A stretch of DNA of 64,000 bases, from assembly GCA_036253035.1 (NCBI GenBank), contig GCA_036253035.1_4123.1; one strand, given 5' to 3'. Every line of letters starts with the position of its first letter. The stretch's first letter is position 1. Positions 33,946 through 42,387 of the stretch are shown one piece after another. The DNA is from a phage. The position numbers were made by a program, and so were the translations under genes. The notes under the pieces were generated by a model. It worked only from the letters and a program-made list of their open reading frames with translations, had not been told where the DNA came from and did no database searches.

Positions 33946-34308
33946 TTATTCGTAAATCTTTCCACTATCAGCCCATACCAGGAAACGAGGCATATTATCC
34001 CATGCATCTTGTTTTAAGTTTAAGCCGTGCAATACTTCTGTACTTTCCATTCCTGGTACTGGCTTGCTATACACTGCAAACATTTCGCCCATGTACTGAT
34101 AAGCCATCGTTAAATCAGTCTGGATCATCTTATGTATCATTGCGTCCAGCATTGCAGTAGCTGCATACTGTTCACGCTTAAGCGGTAACATTGCAATCAA
34201 TTCCCGATAAGCTGCAATGTGAATCCGTACAGTCTCAGCGGGAAGATCTTTCATCTCTTCACGGAAAGAAACCAGGTTAAGCATGATAGTATTGATTTGA
34301 GTCGCCAT
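33946..34308 (-). CDS. hypothetical protein (120 aa); first gene of early minus-strand block
   Basis: ATG with AAGAGA RBS; hairpin CGGGAGCGTATCCCCCG; TTGCAA-N16-TAGAAT. Confidence 0.6.
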   Translation of the reverse strand: MATQINTIMLNLVSFREEMKDLPAETVRIHIAAYRELIAMLPLKREQYAATAMLDAMIHKMIQTDLTMAYQYMGEMFAVYSKPVPGMESTEVLHGLNLKQDAWDNMPRFLVWADSGKIYE

Positions 34309-34618
34309 CGTTTTAATCTCTTTTAAAAGTGAGTCGGGAGCGTATCCCCCGTCTCGATGTAAAACATTCTACACCTTTCCCAATACTTTGCAAGTACTTT
34401 CTACAAATACTTTTAAAATAGTTTTCTTTCTATATAGGGGAACTATCTTTCAGTACTGAATCAACCAAATCACTACTATACACCCCATAAAACGGCCTCA
34501 GCCGCTTTCTAACGCATTAATACACCTAAGCTATACATTTGCACCGCCACCAGCTAACCAGGGCTTTACGGGCCGTTTAAACGCGTTAAATTATTTTCAA
34601 TTATTTTGTTTTTAGCTA

Positions 34619-34646
34619 TTGACTCAGCACCGAAAAAGCGTATAAT
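34619..34646 (+). promoter_or_regulatory. plus-strand sigma70-like promoter (TTGACT-N16-TATAAT)
   Basis: -35 at 34619-34624, -10 at 34641-34646; reads into non-coding hub carrying family leader motifs. Confidence 0.5.
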
Positions 34647-35086
34647 TACTACATAGACGCGAGAAAGCGGATACCCCTGGGGGGTGCGGAATTACGCCCA
34701 AAATTCATATAATTTAAAAAGGATACACTCCCGCACCTTAGCAGGTCATAGCACTTTCTCAGTACTGAATAATAGTATCATAGTACGCCCCAGGATGGCA
34801 AGCAAATTAATTAAAACTTTTTGCGTTTAGGGTATTGCTTTATTTTTTCAGTACTGCTATAATATTTTCATCAAGTCGAGAAAGACTCAAGCCCACCGGG
34901 TGCATAGTTACGCCCAAAATTCAGTACTGAAAAAAATTTTAAAAATATCCGTCCAGGCCGTTGACATTGCCCCCAGTTTATAAGATAATGATTCCAGATT
35001 CAGAAAAATCTAACTCCAGATACTGCGGGGAAACTATCCCCACGCGGTAGGGGAACTATTGGAAAAAACAAAATAAAATTTTGATT

Positions 35087-35200
35087 TAGCCGTCTATACT
35101 TCCAGACGTGTAACCATCTAGCCGTTTAGCCGTCCAAACGTCTAGCCATCCAGCCATCCAGAAATCTAGCCGTCTAGCCGTCTAGATGGATAGCCATCTT
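35087..35200. repeat. iteron-like direct repeats, ~10 copies of TAGCC(G/A)TC
   Basis: ttagccgtctat / ctagccgtttagccgtcc / tctagccatccagccatccag / ctagccgtctagccgtctagatggatagccatc. Confidence 0.6.
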
Positions 35201-36051
35201 TACTTCCAGACTTCTGGAGGGCTAGACATATCTACGTCCAAAATCCATCCAGGGTAACTACGCCCAAAATCCGTCAGTACTATACCATAGATCTATCTTG
35301 TGAAAGGAGTATTCAGTACTGCCATCATAGCCCTCACTATGTTACCCTAGGAGGATGAAGACTATCATGTAGTACTGAATACTGTTAGAGGGAATCCACC
35401 AGCACAAGCTGGTGGCATAATGCTTTAGATTAAAATCAGTACTGACACCATTCTGTTAATATCAGTACTGTTATTACGATTTTCATATGAGGTTCAAAAA
35501 GATGTACCACCACAGGAGGAACTATCTTTTCTGTACTGTCTCACGACAGGAGGTAGAGTAAATGAATTGTTGGCAGCAACTCATCTCTCTATGTAGAACA
35601 TTATACAGTACTGAATCATAATGTCAATAACTTTCTTTCATTATTCAGTACTGATATTCTTGAGAACTACCCGTCTACAAACATCATTATATCCCACAAA
35701 TCATAAACGTCCCAACGTAAATTTCAACTTTCGAAGATCCAACTTTTATTTCATAGGTACTCCAAAATTTTTAGGATCGAGATTTAGGATGGAGTACTAA
35801 CCAACTTTTTGCTGGAGCCTCAAGGGGTAATGGAATTTTACCCCGAAGGGTAAAAGGGTAATTGTAATTAAGGTGAAAGTAATAATTCAGTACTAATCAT
35901 TGCGTGATTACTTTTGATTACATTTGATGTAATTTGCAAAATGGAAAAGGAGCTTGGAAACTACAAAGTACGGCAGACTTCCTCTGCCTACTTAGTGGCA
36001 TATCAGTACTGCTACGTTCTTGATTAAACGTGAACATTCCTGTACTCTAGT

Positions 36052-36140
36052 ACTCACTACTGATCACTACTGATCACTACAGTGATTATAAATGATTACT
36101 TAAATGTTTATATATGATTACTTATGACTACCTATGATTA
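36052..36140. repeat. short tandem direct repeats (CACTACTGAT x3; ATGATTAC x3)
   Basis: ctcactactgatcactactgatcactacagtgattataaatgattacttaaatgtttatatatgattacttatgactacctatgattac. Confidence 0.55.
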
Positions 36141-36255
36141 CGGGGTTTAGCCTGGGGAGAATCCTAGTGATCGCATTTGTCCAGGCTGAATTTTAACAAT
36201 TCGCCTGTACATAAAGGTTGTTCACTAGGAGCTTCCCCTGTCTACTTGTGTTTAA

Positions 36256-36447
36256 TTACTTCCTATATATAAGCATTAAGATATAGTAGTACTGATTATA
36301 CTGTACATTCTCTTTAATATTATAAGGGTCTATAGCAATCTCGGTACATCTGTTAAATGCATATCTATTAAATGCCAGTGGAATTATAGATCTAATCCAT
36401 ACTTGTTCATTTTCTTTTAGTTTACTTATATAGAAGTTTTTATACAT
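36256..36447 (-). CDS. MHKEYY-family small protein
   Basis: MYKNFYISKL...ILMLIYRK; last gene of tandem array. Confidence 0.55.
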   Translation of the reverse strand: MYKNFYISKLKENEQVWIRSIIPLAFNRYAFNRCTEIAIDPYNIKENVQYNQYYYILMLIYRK

Positions 36448-36462
36448 AGTATTCTCTATTAA

Positions 36463-36645
36463 TTAATATGATAGTACTAGTGTTAGTACTGAGCACAATT
36501 GTTCTTTATAGTTCTTAGGGTATATAGAATCTTTTATGCACTCATTGAAGTGCCATAGGTATAATCTTGGGTCGCATTCTTTATATATTCTTACGGGGAC
36601 GAATGTTAGTTTTCTTATATAGAATTCTTTATGTTCTTTATTCAT
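36463..36645 (-). CDS. MHKEYY-family small protein
   Basis: MNKEHKEFYIRKL... Confidence 0.55.
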   Translation of the reverse strand: MNKEHKEFYIRKLTFVPVRIYKECDPRLYLWHFNECIKDSIYPKNYKEQLCSVLTLVLSY

Positions 36646-36650
36646 ATTAG

Positions 36651-36836
36651 TTAGTGTCTGTATATAAGTAATAGTAAGAATACGTACTGCACATCTTCAT
36701 CTTTAGTATTGAGTACTGTACGTATTGCGTCATTAAACAAGAATATAGTACTTGGGTCATGAGAATTTAAAGGGGTTCTGGGTACGGCATGTTTGTAGTT
36801 CCCTTTAACAAATTGTGTGTAGTATTCTCTATGCAT
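36651..36836 (-). CDS. MHKEYY-family small protein
   Basis: MHREYYTQFVKGNYKH...LLLLIYRH. Confidence 0.6.
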   Translation of the reverse strand: MHREYYTQFVKGNYKHAVPRTPLNSHDPSTIFLFNDAIRTVLNTKDEDVQYVFLLLLIYRH

Positions 36837-36837
36837 A

Positions 36838-37023
36838 TTAGTACCTATATATTAGGGCGAGAATGTAGTACAATTCATATGGAATGTAATTTGGGGTGAT
36901 CGCACACTGTGTATGGTAAATGAATTGTTCGGTATTTTTCTTATCCTTGATATCTATTGGGATTAGTGGTATAAGCATTTGGGAGTTTAGATCCAGATGG
37001 CTTAAGTAGAATTCTTTATGCAT
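36838..37023 (-). CDS. MHKEYY-family small protein
   Basis: MHKEFYLSHL...ILALIYRY. Confidence 0.6.
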   Translation of the reverse strand: MHKEFYLSHLDLNSQMLIPLIPIDIKDKKNTEQFIYHTQCAITPNYIPYELYYILALIYRY

Positions 37024-37032
37024 ATTGTTCTC

Positions 37033-37221
37033 TTAGAATACGAAAGCTAGGTACAGGGTATGATACAGTACTCGATGATAGCTGTCAAAATCTAGTATAC
37101 ATGCTTTAGTGCACATAGTAAAATACACTTTATCATTTTGTGCATTGATACCGCGAGGTTTATCTAATAGATTAGTTCTGAGGTACATTGGGAAATATTT
37201 TGTGTAGTATTCTTTATGCAT
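37033..37221 (-). CDS. MHKEYY-family small protein
   Basis: Start moved to ATG of MHKEYYTKYFPMYL abutting upstream stop. Confidence 0.55.
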   Translation of the reverse strand: MHKEYYTKYFPMYLRTNLLDKPRGINAQNDKVYFTMCTKACILDFDSYHRVLYHTLYLAFVF

Positions 37222-37222
37222 G

Positions 37223-37405
37223 TTAGTACCTGAATATAAGTAGGATAGTGTTATATAGCTGGTCATAACTACTACTATTTTCTATACTTCGTTCTATGCA
37301 GTTATTGAATCCCAGTACTGCCAAATCGTTATCCAGGGGGACTTTGTATCTGGCGTAGTGTTCAAAAATGCTGGGGAGAAATTGTGTGTAGTATTCTTTG
37401 TGCAT
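37223..37405 (-). CDS. MHKEYY-family small protein
   Basis: MHKEYYTQFLPSIFEHY...ILLIFRY. Confidence 0.6.
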   Translation of the reverse strand: MHKEYYTQFLPSIFEHYARYKVPLDNDLAVLGFNNCIERSIENSSSYDQLYNTILLIFRY

Positions 37406-37406
37406 A

Positions 37407-37592
37407 TTAGTACCTATATATTAGTAAAAGGATGTGATACAGTACTCGATTATAGTCTTCAATATATATCGAGGATTTAGTGCACTGAATGAAGTAGTCT
37501 TTTTCGTAGTTTTTTTCTATACCCAATGGTTCTGTTGGTACAAGGTGTTGGAGATACATTGGGAGTTTCTCTATGTAGTATTCTTTATACAT
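37407..37592 (-). CDS. MHKEYY-family small protein
   Basis: MYKEYYIEKLPMYLQHLVPTEPLGI...LLLIYRY. Confidence 0.6.
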   Translation of the reverse strand: MYKEYYIEKLPMYLQHLVPTEPLGIEKNYEKDYFIQCTKSSIYIEDYNRVLYHILLLIYRY

Positions 37593-37593
37593 G

Positions 37594-37776
37594 TTAGTAC
37601 CTGAATGTTAACATTACTACGTAGTACAGCATATATGGATTATCATCGTATATGAGCGTGTACTTAGTACATTGTTGAAACATTATCTTTGCGTGATCTT
37701 TTATTCCTATTGGTTCTGTTGGTATATGGTGCTGGAGATGCATTGGGAGATGTTCCCTGTAGTATTCTTTATACAT
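37594..37776 (-). CDS. MHKEYY-family small protein
   Basis: Start moved to ATG of MYKEYYREHLPMHLQHHIPTEPIGI. Confidence 0.55.
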   Translation of the reverse strand: MYKEYYREHLPMHLQHHIPTEPIGIKDHAKIMFQQCTKYTLIYDDNPYMLYYVVMLTFRY

Positions 37777-38440
37777 AGTTTGTAATATACGTAATGAGGT
37801 GATGCATTTTCTTATTAGTACTGATAAGTTCCTGTACATGTTTTGTCAGATTGTACGCGTTTTTATAGAGTACTGGATTATCGATTACAGTACTGTACAT
37901 GAATAGTTCTTCTTCCTGTAGTTCTTTGTGTTCTAGTTCTTTGAGGAATTGTAGTACTGTATCAGTTTCTTCTGTACGTTGTGCTTGCCAGAAGTGCATA
38001 TTCTCGTGTACTTTTTCTGCATCAGTAGAGTATATGCCACCCATTTGGAATTGTGCTGTATTGACATCGTGGGAGGTGTTACAATTCCCGAAGAAGTATG
38101 TATTCCCGAAGTATAGCATTAAAGTGCACGGGGTATTATCCAACTGCATATTGATGATGAAGGATGCGTTCTTTAGTACCTTTGTGCTCGTATTAGTACT
38201 CAATACTTTTAAATCAGTATTATAGATATTCATATAATGAACAGCTATATTATTTTTCTTCATGTACAATTCAAGGTTCTTTGATACGTTAACTCCATTT
38301 GTACTGGATTTTTCCTTTTTATTTCGTTTCTTTAGTACATTCGGGTGATACGTATATGCAGATGTAACTGATTCTGCCTGAATACTATTGAGGTACTTAA
38401 AGTGCTTAAGGTATTGTTTGCTGTGTGCATTAAGTTTCAT
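37769..38440 (-). CDS. hypothetical protein, EEFFQ-motif family (dispersed copy)
   Basis: Motif EEELFMYSTVIDNPVLY inside the MHKEYY array. Confidence 0.55.
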   Translation of the reverse strand: MKLNAHSKQYLKHFKYLNSIQAESVTSAYTYHPNVLKKRNKKEKSSTNGVNVSKNLELYMKKNNIAVHYMNIYNTDLKVLSTNTSTKVLKNASFIINMQLDNTPCTLMLYFGNTYFFGNCNTSHDVNTAQFQMGGIYSTDAEKVHENMHFWQAQRTEETDTVLQFLKELEHKELQEEELFMYSTVIDNPVLYKNAYNLTKHVQELISTNKKMHHLITYITNYV

Positions 38441-38450
38441 TTGGTTTCCT

Positions 38451-38630
38451 TTATATAGATGCCAGGGCGAGGATTTCCCTGTAGGGATTATCTTGTGTTA
38501 GTACAGCATAAATGCAGCTATTGAGATTAATATTTTTAGTACTTTTTGTTCCTAGTTTGTAGTACTTCACGAAGGTGTCGTACATGAAACGGTCTTTTAT
38601 GGTTATACGTTCTCTATAGAATTGTTGCAT
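38451..38630 (-). CDS. MHKEYY-family small protein (59 aa, below track cutoff)
   Basis: Manually translated MQQFYRERITIKDRFMYDTF...; AAGGAA RBS. Confidence 0.45.
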   Translation of the reverse strand: MQQFYRERITIKDRFMYDTFVKYYKLGTKSTKNINLNSCIYAVLTQDNPYREILALASI

Positions 38631-38638
38631 AGTATTCC

Positions 38639-38821
38639 TTAAATAGCGATTAGTTTCATTACTTCTCTGTATGTGTACTTTTCGTTTTGTGCATCTCTTG
38701 TGACGACATATAGGAAGGTGTGTTTATCTTTTTTGTTCCCGCAATTGTAGAAAATATTGAACTTATTGAAGTTGAATCTTTCGGCGTGTTGTAGTTTAGT
38801 TAAATAGAATTCTATGTTCAT
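38639..38821 (-). CDS. MHKEYY-family small protein
   Basis: MNIEFYLTKL...KYTYREVMKLIAI. Confidence 0.55.
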   Translation of the reverse strand: MNIEFYLTKLQHAERFNFNKFNIFYNCGNKKDKHTFLYVVTRDAQNEKYTYREVMKLIAI

Positions 38822-38829
38822 TTTCTTCC

Positions 38830-39015
38830 TTACATTTCAATAAGTTTAATTACTGCTCGGTACGTGTACTTAGTTGTCAGTGCTTCTTTAATAGAAATAC
38901 AGAAGTAATGTTGTTTGTCTCTTATACTGCCGCGTTTGTAGTACCACACATGGGAGTTGTGACTGTACTTGTCTCTGTCGGATAGTTGTTGGTAGTAGTA
39001 GCTTATATGATTCAT
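38830..39015 (-). CDS. MHKEYY-family small protein
   Basis: MNHISYYYQQL...KYTYRAVIKLIEM. Confidence 0.55.
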   Translation of the reverse strand: MNHISYYYQQLSDRDKYSHNSHVWYYKRGSIRDKQHYFCISIKEALTTKYTYRAVIKLIEM

Positions 39016-39067
39016 TATAATGTAATTAGCCTTACTATATTAAAGTACTCAGTTCCTGTTGCACCTT

Positions 39068-39262
39068 TTAGAACTTAAAGATGAGGTTCAGGATAGAGCG
39101 GTACTTAGTTTCAGGGAACGTATGTTCTATTGCATAACGTGTCACCATCCTGAAATCGTAATTATAATACAGATTATCCTTTCTCATAGGTGGTGCTAAA
39201 GAGAATGATAGCTGTTCTTGTTTGGGTAGTTTACTACAATAGAAATCTTTATGATTATTCAT
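39068..39262 (-). CDS. MHKEYY-family small protein
   Basis: MNNHKDFYCSKL... Confidence 0.55.
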   Translation of the reverse strand: MNNHKDFYCSKLPKQEQLSFSLAPPMRKDNLYYNYDFRMVTRYAIEHTFPETKYRSILNLIFKF

Positions 39263-39464
39263 AGAAATATATTAGTCCTATTAAACCTGAGTACATAATA
39301 TTTTTGTTATTACATTCGATTGCTTCTAGAGTACTACGTATACAATTATTAAAGCAATCTCTGGCGTGTGGTGTATCTATACTTAAAGGTGATACACTCC
39401 TTAGAAACAATTGTTCTTCGTTGCTAAGGTATTTGGTGTAGAATTCTTTATGTTCAGTATTCAT
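39255..39464 (-). CDS. MHKEYY-family small protein
   Basis: MNTEHKEFYTKYL... Confidence 0.55.
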   Translation of the reverse strand: MNTEHKEFYTKYLSNEEQLFLRSVSPLSIDTPHARDCFNNCIRSTLEAIECNNKNIMYSGLIGLIYFYE

Positions 39465-39465
39465 A

Positions 39466-39669
39466 TTAGTACTCGATTAAAAGGGCAAGGATATAATAGT
39501 ATTGCATACTTTCTGCCCCTTGTAAAGCATTTCTTATGATATTACTCCTGTACGAGTTCAGGAGTTTAGGACAACGTTTGTAGTGTATAAAAGTATTTTG
39601 TGTATACAGTAGGCTTTCTCGTAGACCTTTTGTTGGTAGTGCATCGATGTAGTACTGTTCAATGTTCAT
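39466..39669 (-). CDS. MHKEYY-family small protein
   Basis: MNIEQYYIDAL... Confidence 0.5.
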   Translation of the reverse strand: MNIEQYYIDALPTKGLRESLLYTQNTFIHYKRCPKLLNSYRSNIIRNALQGAESMQYYYILALLIEY

Positions 39670-39893
39670 ATAGATAGCAGTACTAAGATTTTTGATAATT
39701 GTTTATTGCTATCCCCGCAGATGTTGCTGTGTAAAATACTCACAATGAGGGTATCAATTGCATTGTTCATCATAAGGGTGCATCCTGGACTATTATAATT
39801 TTTTAGCTCAATTAGCCACGAACTATCCGAGAGAAATTCCCCGTACTCTAGTTCATTTAGAGTATTGAGGTAGTACTTAAGAGTATTTGTCAT
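39666..39893 (-). CDS. small protein, first gene of MHKEYY array
   Basis: MTNTLKYYLNTL...; ATG with AAGGAGAA RBS downstream of promoter. Confidence 0.5.
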   Translation of the reverse strand: MTNTLKYYLNTLNELEYGEFLSDSSWLIELKNYNSPGCTLMMNNAIDTLIVSILHSNICGDSNKQLSKILVLLSI

Positions 39894-39918
39894 GTGTAGT
39901 TCTCCTTATATTCCTTCT

Positions 39919-39947
39919 ATAGTACACCAGTACTGAAAGGATGTCAA
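39919..39947 (-). promoter_or_regulatory. sigma70-like promoter (TTGACA-N17-TACTAT) for MHKEYY array
   Basis: -35 at 39942-39947, -10 at 39919-39924; divergent from plus-strand array promoter. Confidence 0.5.
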
Positions 39948-39959
39948 GGGTTTTCTTTT

Positions 39960-39995
39960 TGTATTAAATATAGTATAATGAATAAGGAGGGATTT
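39960..39995 (+). promoter_or_regulatory. plus-array promoter-like box (ATAGTATAATGAATAA) plus AGGAGG SD
   Basis: TATAAT at 39974-39979, no convincing -35; same module as between all downstream array genes. Confidence 0.5.
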
Positions 39996-41198
39996 ATGTT
40001 ACCTTTTGGAAGAATGATTAAGTACGCAAATATTGCACCAGGTCCAGAACCTGTAGAGTTCTCAGATGTTTTACAACAACATTATACAAACTGTATGTAT
40101 CTACATAACCCAACTAATACTTTATATGGTTATGGTAGTAATAACATGTATCAATTTGGTCTTGGGAATTCAGCAGCAGTTTCGTCATTTACAGTACTTG
40201 CAAGGAACTGTGCAGCCTTTTGGCTTGGTGTTCAAGGTTCATTGATGATTGATTTGGATAATAAAATATACTACACTGGGTCGGTTGGTGCATTTTCTGA
40301 TTATGGAGATGCAACACCTGTTAATGGTTATTTGACAACATGGACTGATGTTACTGTTGCATTTAATAAAATAGGTGTTATGGCTAATATGATCAAGAGT
40401 GTATATATAGGTGAAAGTACTAGAATATTATTAACCGATGGTAGAGTAATTGCGTGTGGAAGAAATACTAATGGTGAATGTGGCTCTGGTAATAAAAATT
40501 CCATCCCTACACTCACAGTTATGACTAATATGGGTGAAGTTACACATATGGCATGTTCATTACAAGGAACGCACTATATCAAATCAAATAAAGATGCATG
40601 GTTTTGTGGTAAGGATAACTTTGGTGAAAGTGGATGTGGTGGTAGTTCTGTTGTATATTTGAACAAATTCGTGATTAGTAATGTAGAACATATTAGTACT
40701 ACATACGATGTTACTTGGTGGTTTACTACTGGTGGGTCTGTATATTATAGCGGGGTTAACAGTACTGGACAAGCTGGTAATGGTACGACTACATCGGTAA
40801 ATCAGCTAACACCAATTAGGAACACATCGGTCACGGTTGATGTAAGTAAGTACAGTACTTTTATTTGTCCAAGTAATATGGGAAATGCATCAATTGGTGC
40901 ACCTATGGCACAATACGCACCATATGTTAGAAGTAGTGGTGCTAACTCATATGGTCAAGAAGGTAATGGAACTAATACATTAGTTAGAACTTGGAATATT
41001 TTTAATCTTAGTGCAATAAGTGGTGGTTATGACAATGTTCTTATGGCATCTAAAGATTGGAGCAGAACCATAATAATTACTAAAGATTATAAATTATATG
41101 CATGTGGTGGCTGGAATGGAAATGGTGGTAGATTGCCAGATGGCACTTATAGTATTACTACACTAACATTAATGCCAACGCAGTTATGGCAACAATAG
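39996..41198 (+). CDS. RCC1-like beta-propeller repeat protein with conserved N-terminal leader
   Basis: Starts MLPFGRMIKYANIAPGP; repeated G-x-N-x-x-G-Q/E-x-G-x-G motifs; AGGAGG RBS. Confidence 0.8.
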   Translation: MLPFGRMIKYANIAPGPEPVEFSDVLQQHYTNCMYLHNPTNTLYGYGSNNMYQFGLGNSAAVSSFTVLARNCAAFWLGVQGSLMIDLDNKIYYTGSVGAFSDYGDATPVNGYLTTWTDVTVAFNKIGVMANMIKSVYIGESTRILLTDGRVIACGRNTNGECGSGNKNSIPTLTVMTNMGEVTHMACSLQGTHYIKSNKDAWFCGKDNFGESGCGGSSVVYLNKFVISNVEHISTTYDVTWWFTTGGSVYYSGVNSTGQAGNGTTTSVNQLTPIRNTSVTVDVSKYSTFICPSNMGNASIGAPMAQYAPYVRSSGANSYGQEGNGTNTLVRTWNIFNLSAISGGYDNVLMASKDWSRTIIITKDYKLYACGGWNGNGGRLPDGTYSITTLTLMPTQLWQQ

Positions 41199-41206
41199 GA
41201 GGGAAT

Positions 41207-42316
41207 ATGTTACCTTTTGGAAGAATGATTAGGTATGGAAATATTGTCCCTGGTCCTAAAAAAATAATTAAAGTTGGTGCTTCTACCCAAGGCCAATTCT
41301 TATTGACTGATTCACATGATTTATATTACATAGGTAGAAATCAAGGTGGTGAATCTGGAAATGGTAATACCAACACGGTGTCTTCGTGGACATTAGTAAG
41401 TGCAGATGTTTCTAATTTTTTCGTGGGTGATCGTACACTTGTTATTATTAAAAATGATAATACGATATGGACATCAGGTCAAACGTACTGGTTCTCATCT
41501 TCTACAACTACTTCTTACAGTACTGTATTAGTTGAAAGAACTAATTGGTTTACCAATGCTATACCAGTAAGTGAAATTGCTAATATTGTATGTACAAATG
41601 GTTTAATATTTGTACTTAGCACTAATTCAGTACTCTATGGTGCAGGAGATAATGGATATCGTGGTTCTTTGGGTATTGGTTCCTCATCAATTTACACATT
41701 AACTCAATGTGCTACGAACGTTCGTAAAGTAATGACCAATGCGAATGATAGTATGTATCTTACATTAGATAATAAGCTATATAGTTCTGGATGGAATAGT
41801 AGTGGGCAGCATGGTACGGGGAACCAAACACAAATTAACACTTGGGGATTGCGTAGTTCTGGTGTAATCGATGCAGCCATTGGTGGTAATGCATTAAATT
41901 ACTATAATGGTACATCATATTTCGTATGTGGTCAAACTCCAAACTTTCTTAGTTCAGGCACGACTACATTCCGTGCCGTTCCTGTAAGTACTTTGCCTAA
42001 TAGTTCTCCGTTGTTTATGACGAATTCACCTGCCTTAAATACTGCTACACAAATGGTAATTACTAGTACATATCAGAAGGGTGTTGGGGCGAACCGTGGT
42101 TTGGGATTAAACAATTCTCAAACTGGTGCTATATATAGTGCTACCAATTTACAATTACCCGTTGAAGTTAGTGAGATTAGGGATGTTCTTTTTAGTGATG
42201 GTTTGACATCGATATTAACCAAAAATGGAGATGTGTATAGTACTGGATCGTATTACGCCATTCCAGGTGCAATCGAGGATGTTGCAGTCTTTACTAAAAT
42301 TGATTTACCAAAATAA
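41207..42316 (+). CDS. beta-propeller-like repeat protein with conserved N-terminal leader
   Basis: Starts MLPFGRMIRYGNIVPGP; Gly/Ser/Thr/Asn-rich repeats; coupled to upstream gene. Confidence 0.8.
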   Translation: MLPFGRMIRYGNIVPGPKKIIKVGASTQGQFLLTDSHDLYYIGRNQGGESGNGNTNTVSSWTLVSADVSNFFVGDRTLVIIKNDNTIWTSGQTYWFSSSTTTSYSTVLVERTNWFTNAIPVSEIANIVCTNGLIFVLSTNSVLYGAGDNGYRGSLGIGSSSIYTLTQCATNVRKVMTNANDSMYLTLDNKLYSSGWNSSGQHGTGNQTQINTWGLRSSGVIDAAIGGNALNYYNGTSYFVCGQTPNFLSSGTTTFRAVPVSTLPNSSPLFMTNSPALNTATQMVITSTYQKGVGANRGLGLNNSQTGAIYSATNLQLPVEVSEIRDVLFSDGLTSILTKNGDVYSTGSYYAIPGAIEDVAVFTKIDLPK

Positions 42317-42387
42317 CATAATGCCAGTACAGAGTACTGGCTTTCTTATTTGTATTAAATATAGTATAATGAATAAAGGAGGGAAAT
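42317..42387 (+). promoter_or_regulatory. intergenic module: terminator hairpin, T-run, TATAAT box, AGGAGG
   Basis: Hairpin GCCAGTACAGAGTACTGGC 42323-42341 + T-run; TATAAT 42365-42370. Confidence 0.6.

Noticed and set aside
34310-36255. Possible tRNA or other structured RNA genes in the large non-coding region
   Set aside because: No segment shows a tRNA T-arm signature (GTTCRANYC) or an acceptor/anticodon stem arrangement; the repeats fit iterons and palindromes better.
40328-40516. Minus-strand and alternate-frame ORFs inside the propeller gene array (also 40584..40772, 42225..42413, 42294..42479, 42483..42698, 42950..43159, 43421..43648, 43829..44155, 44692..44880, 45946..46152, 46228..46482, 46403..46630, 46467..46775, 46925..47170, 47286..47501, 47589..47810, 48266..48448, 50509..50805, 52096..52278, 55600..55875, 55685..55888)
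   Set aside because: They overlap the well-supported, leader-bearing array genes or are read-through artefacts of the conserved intergenic module.
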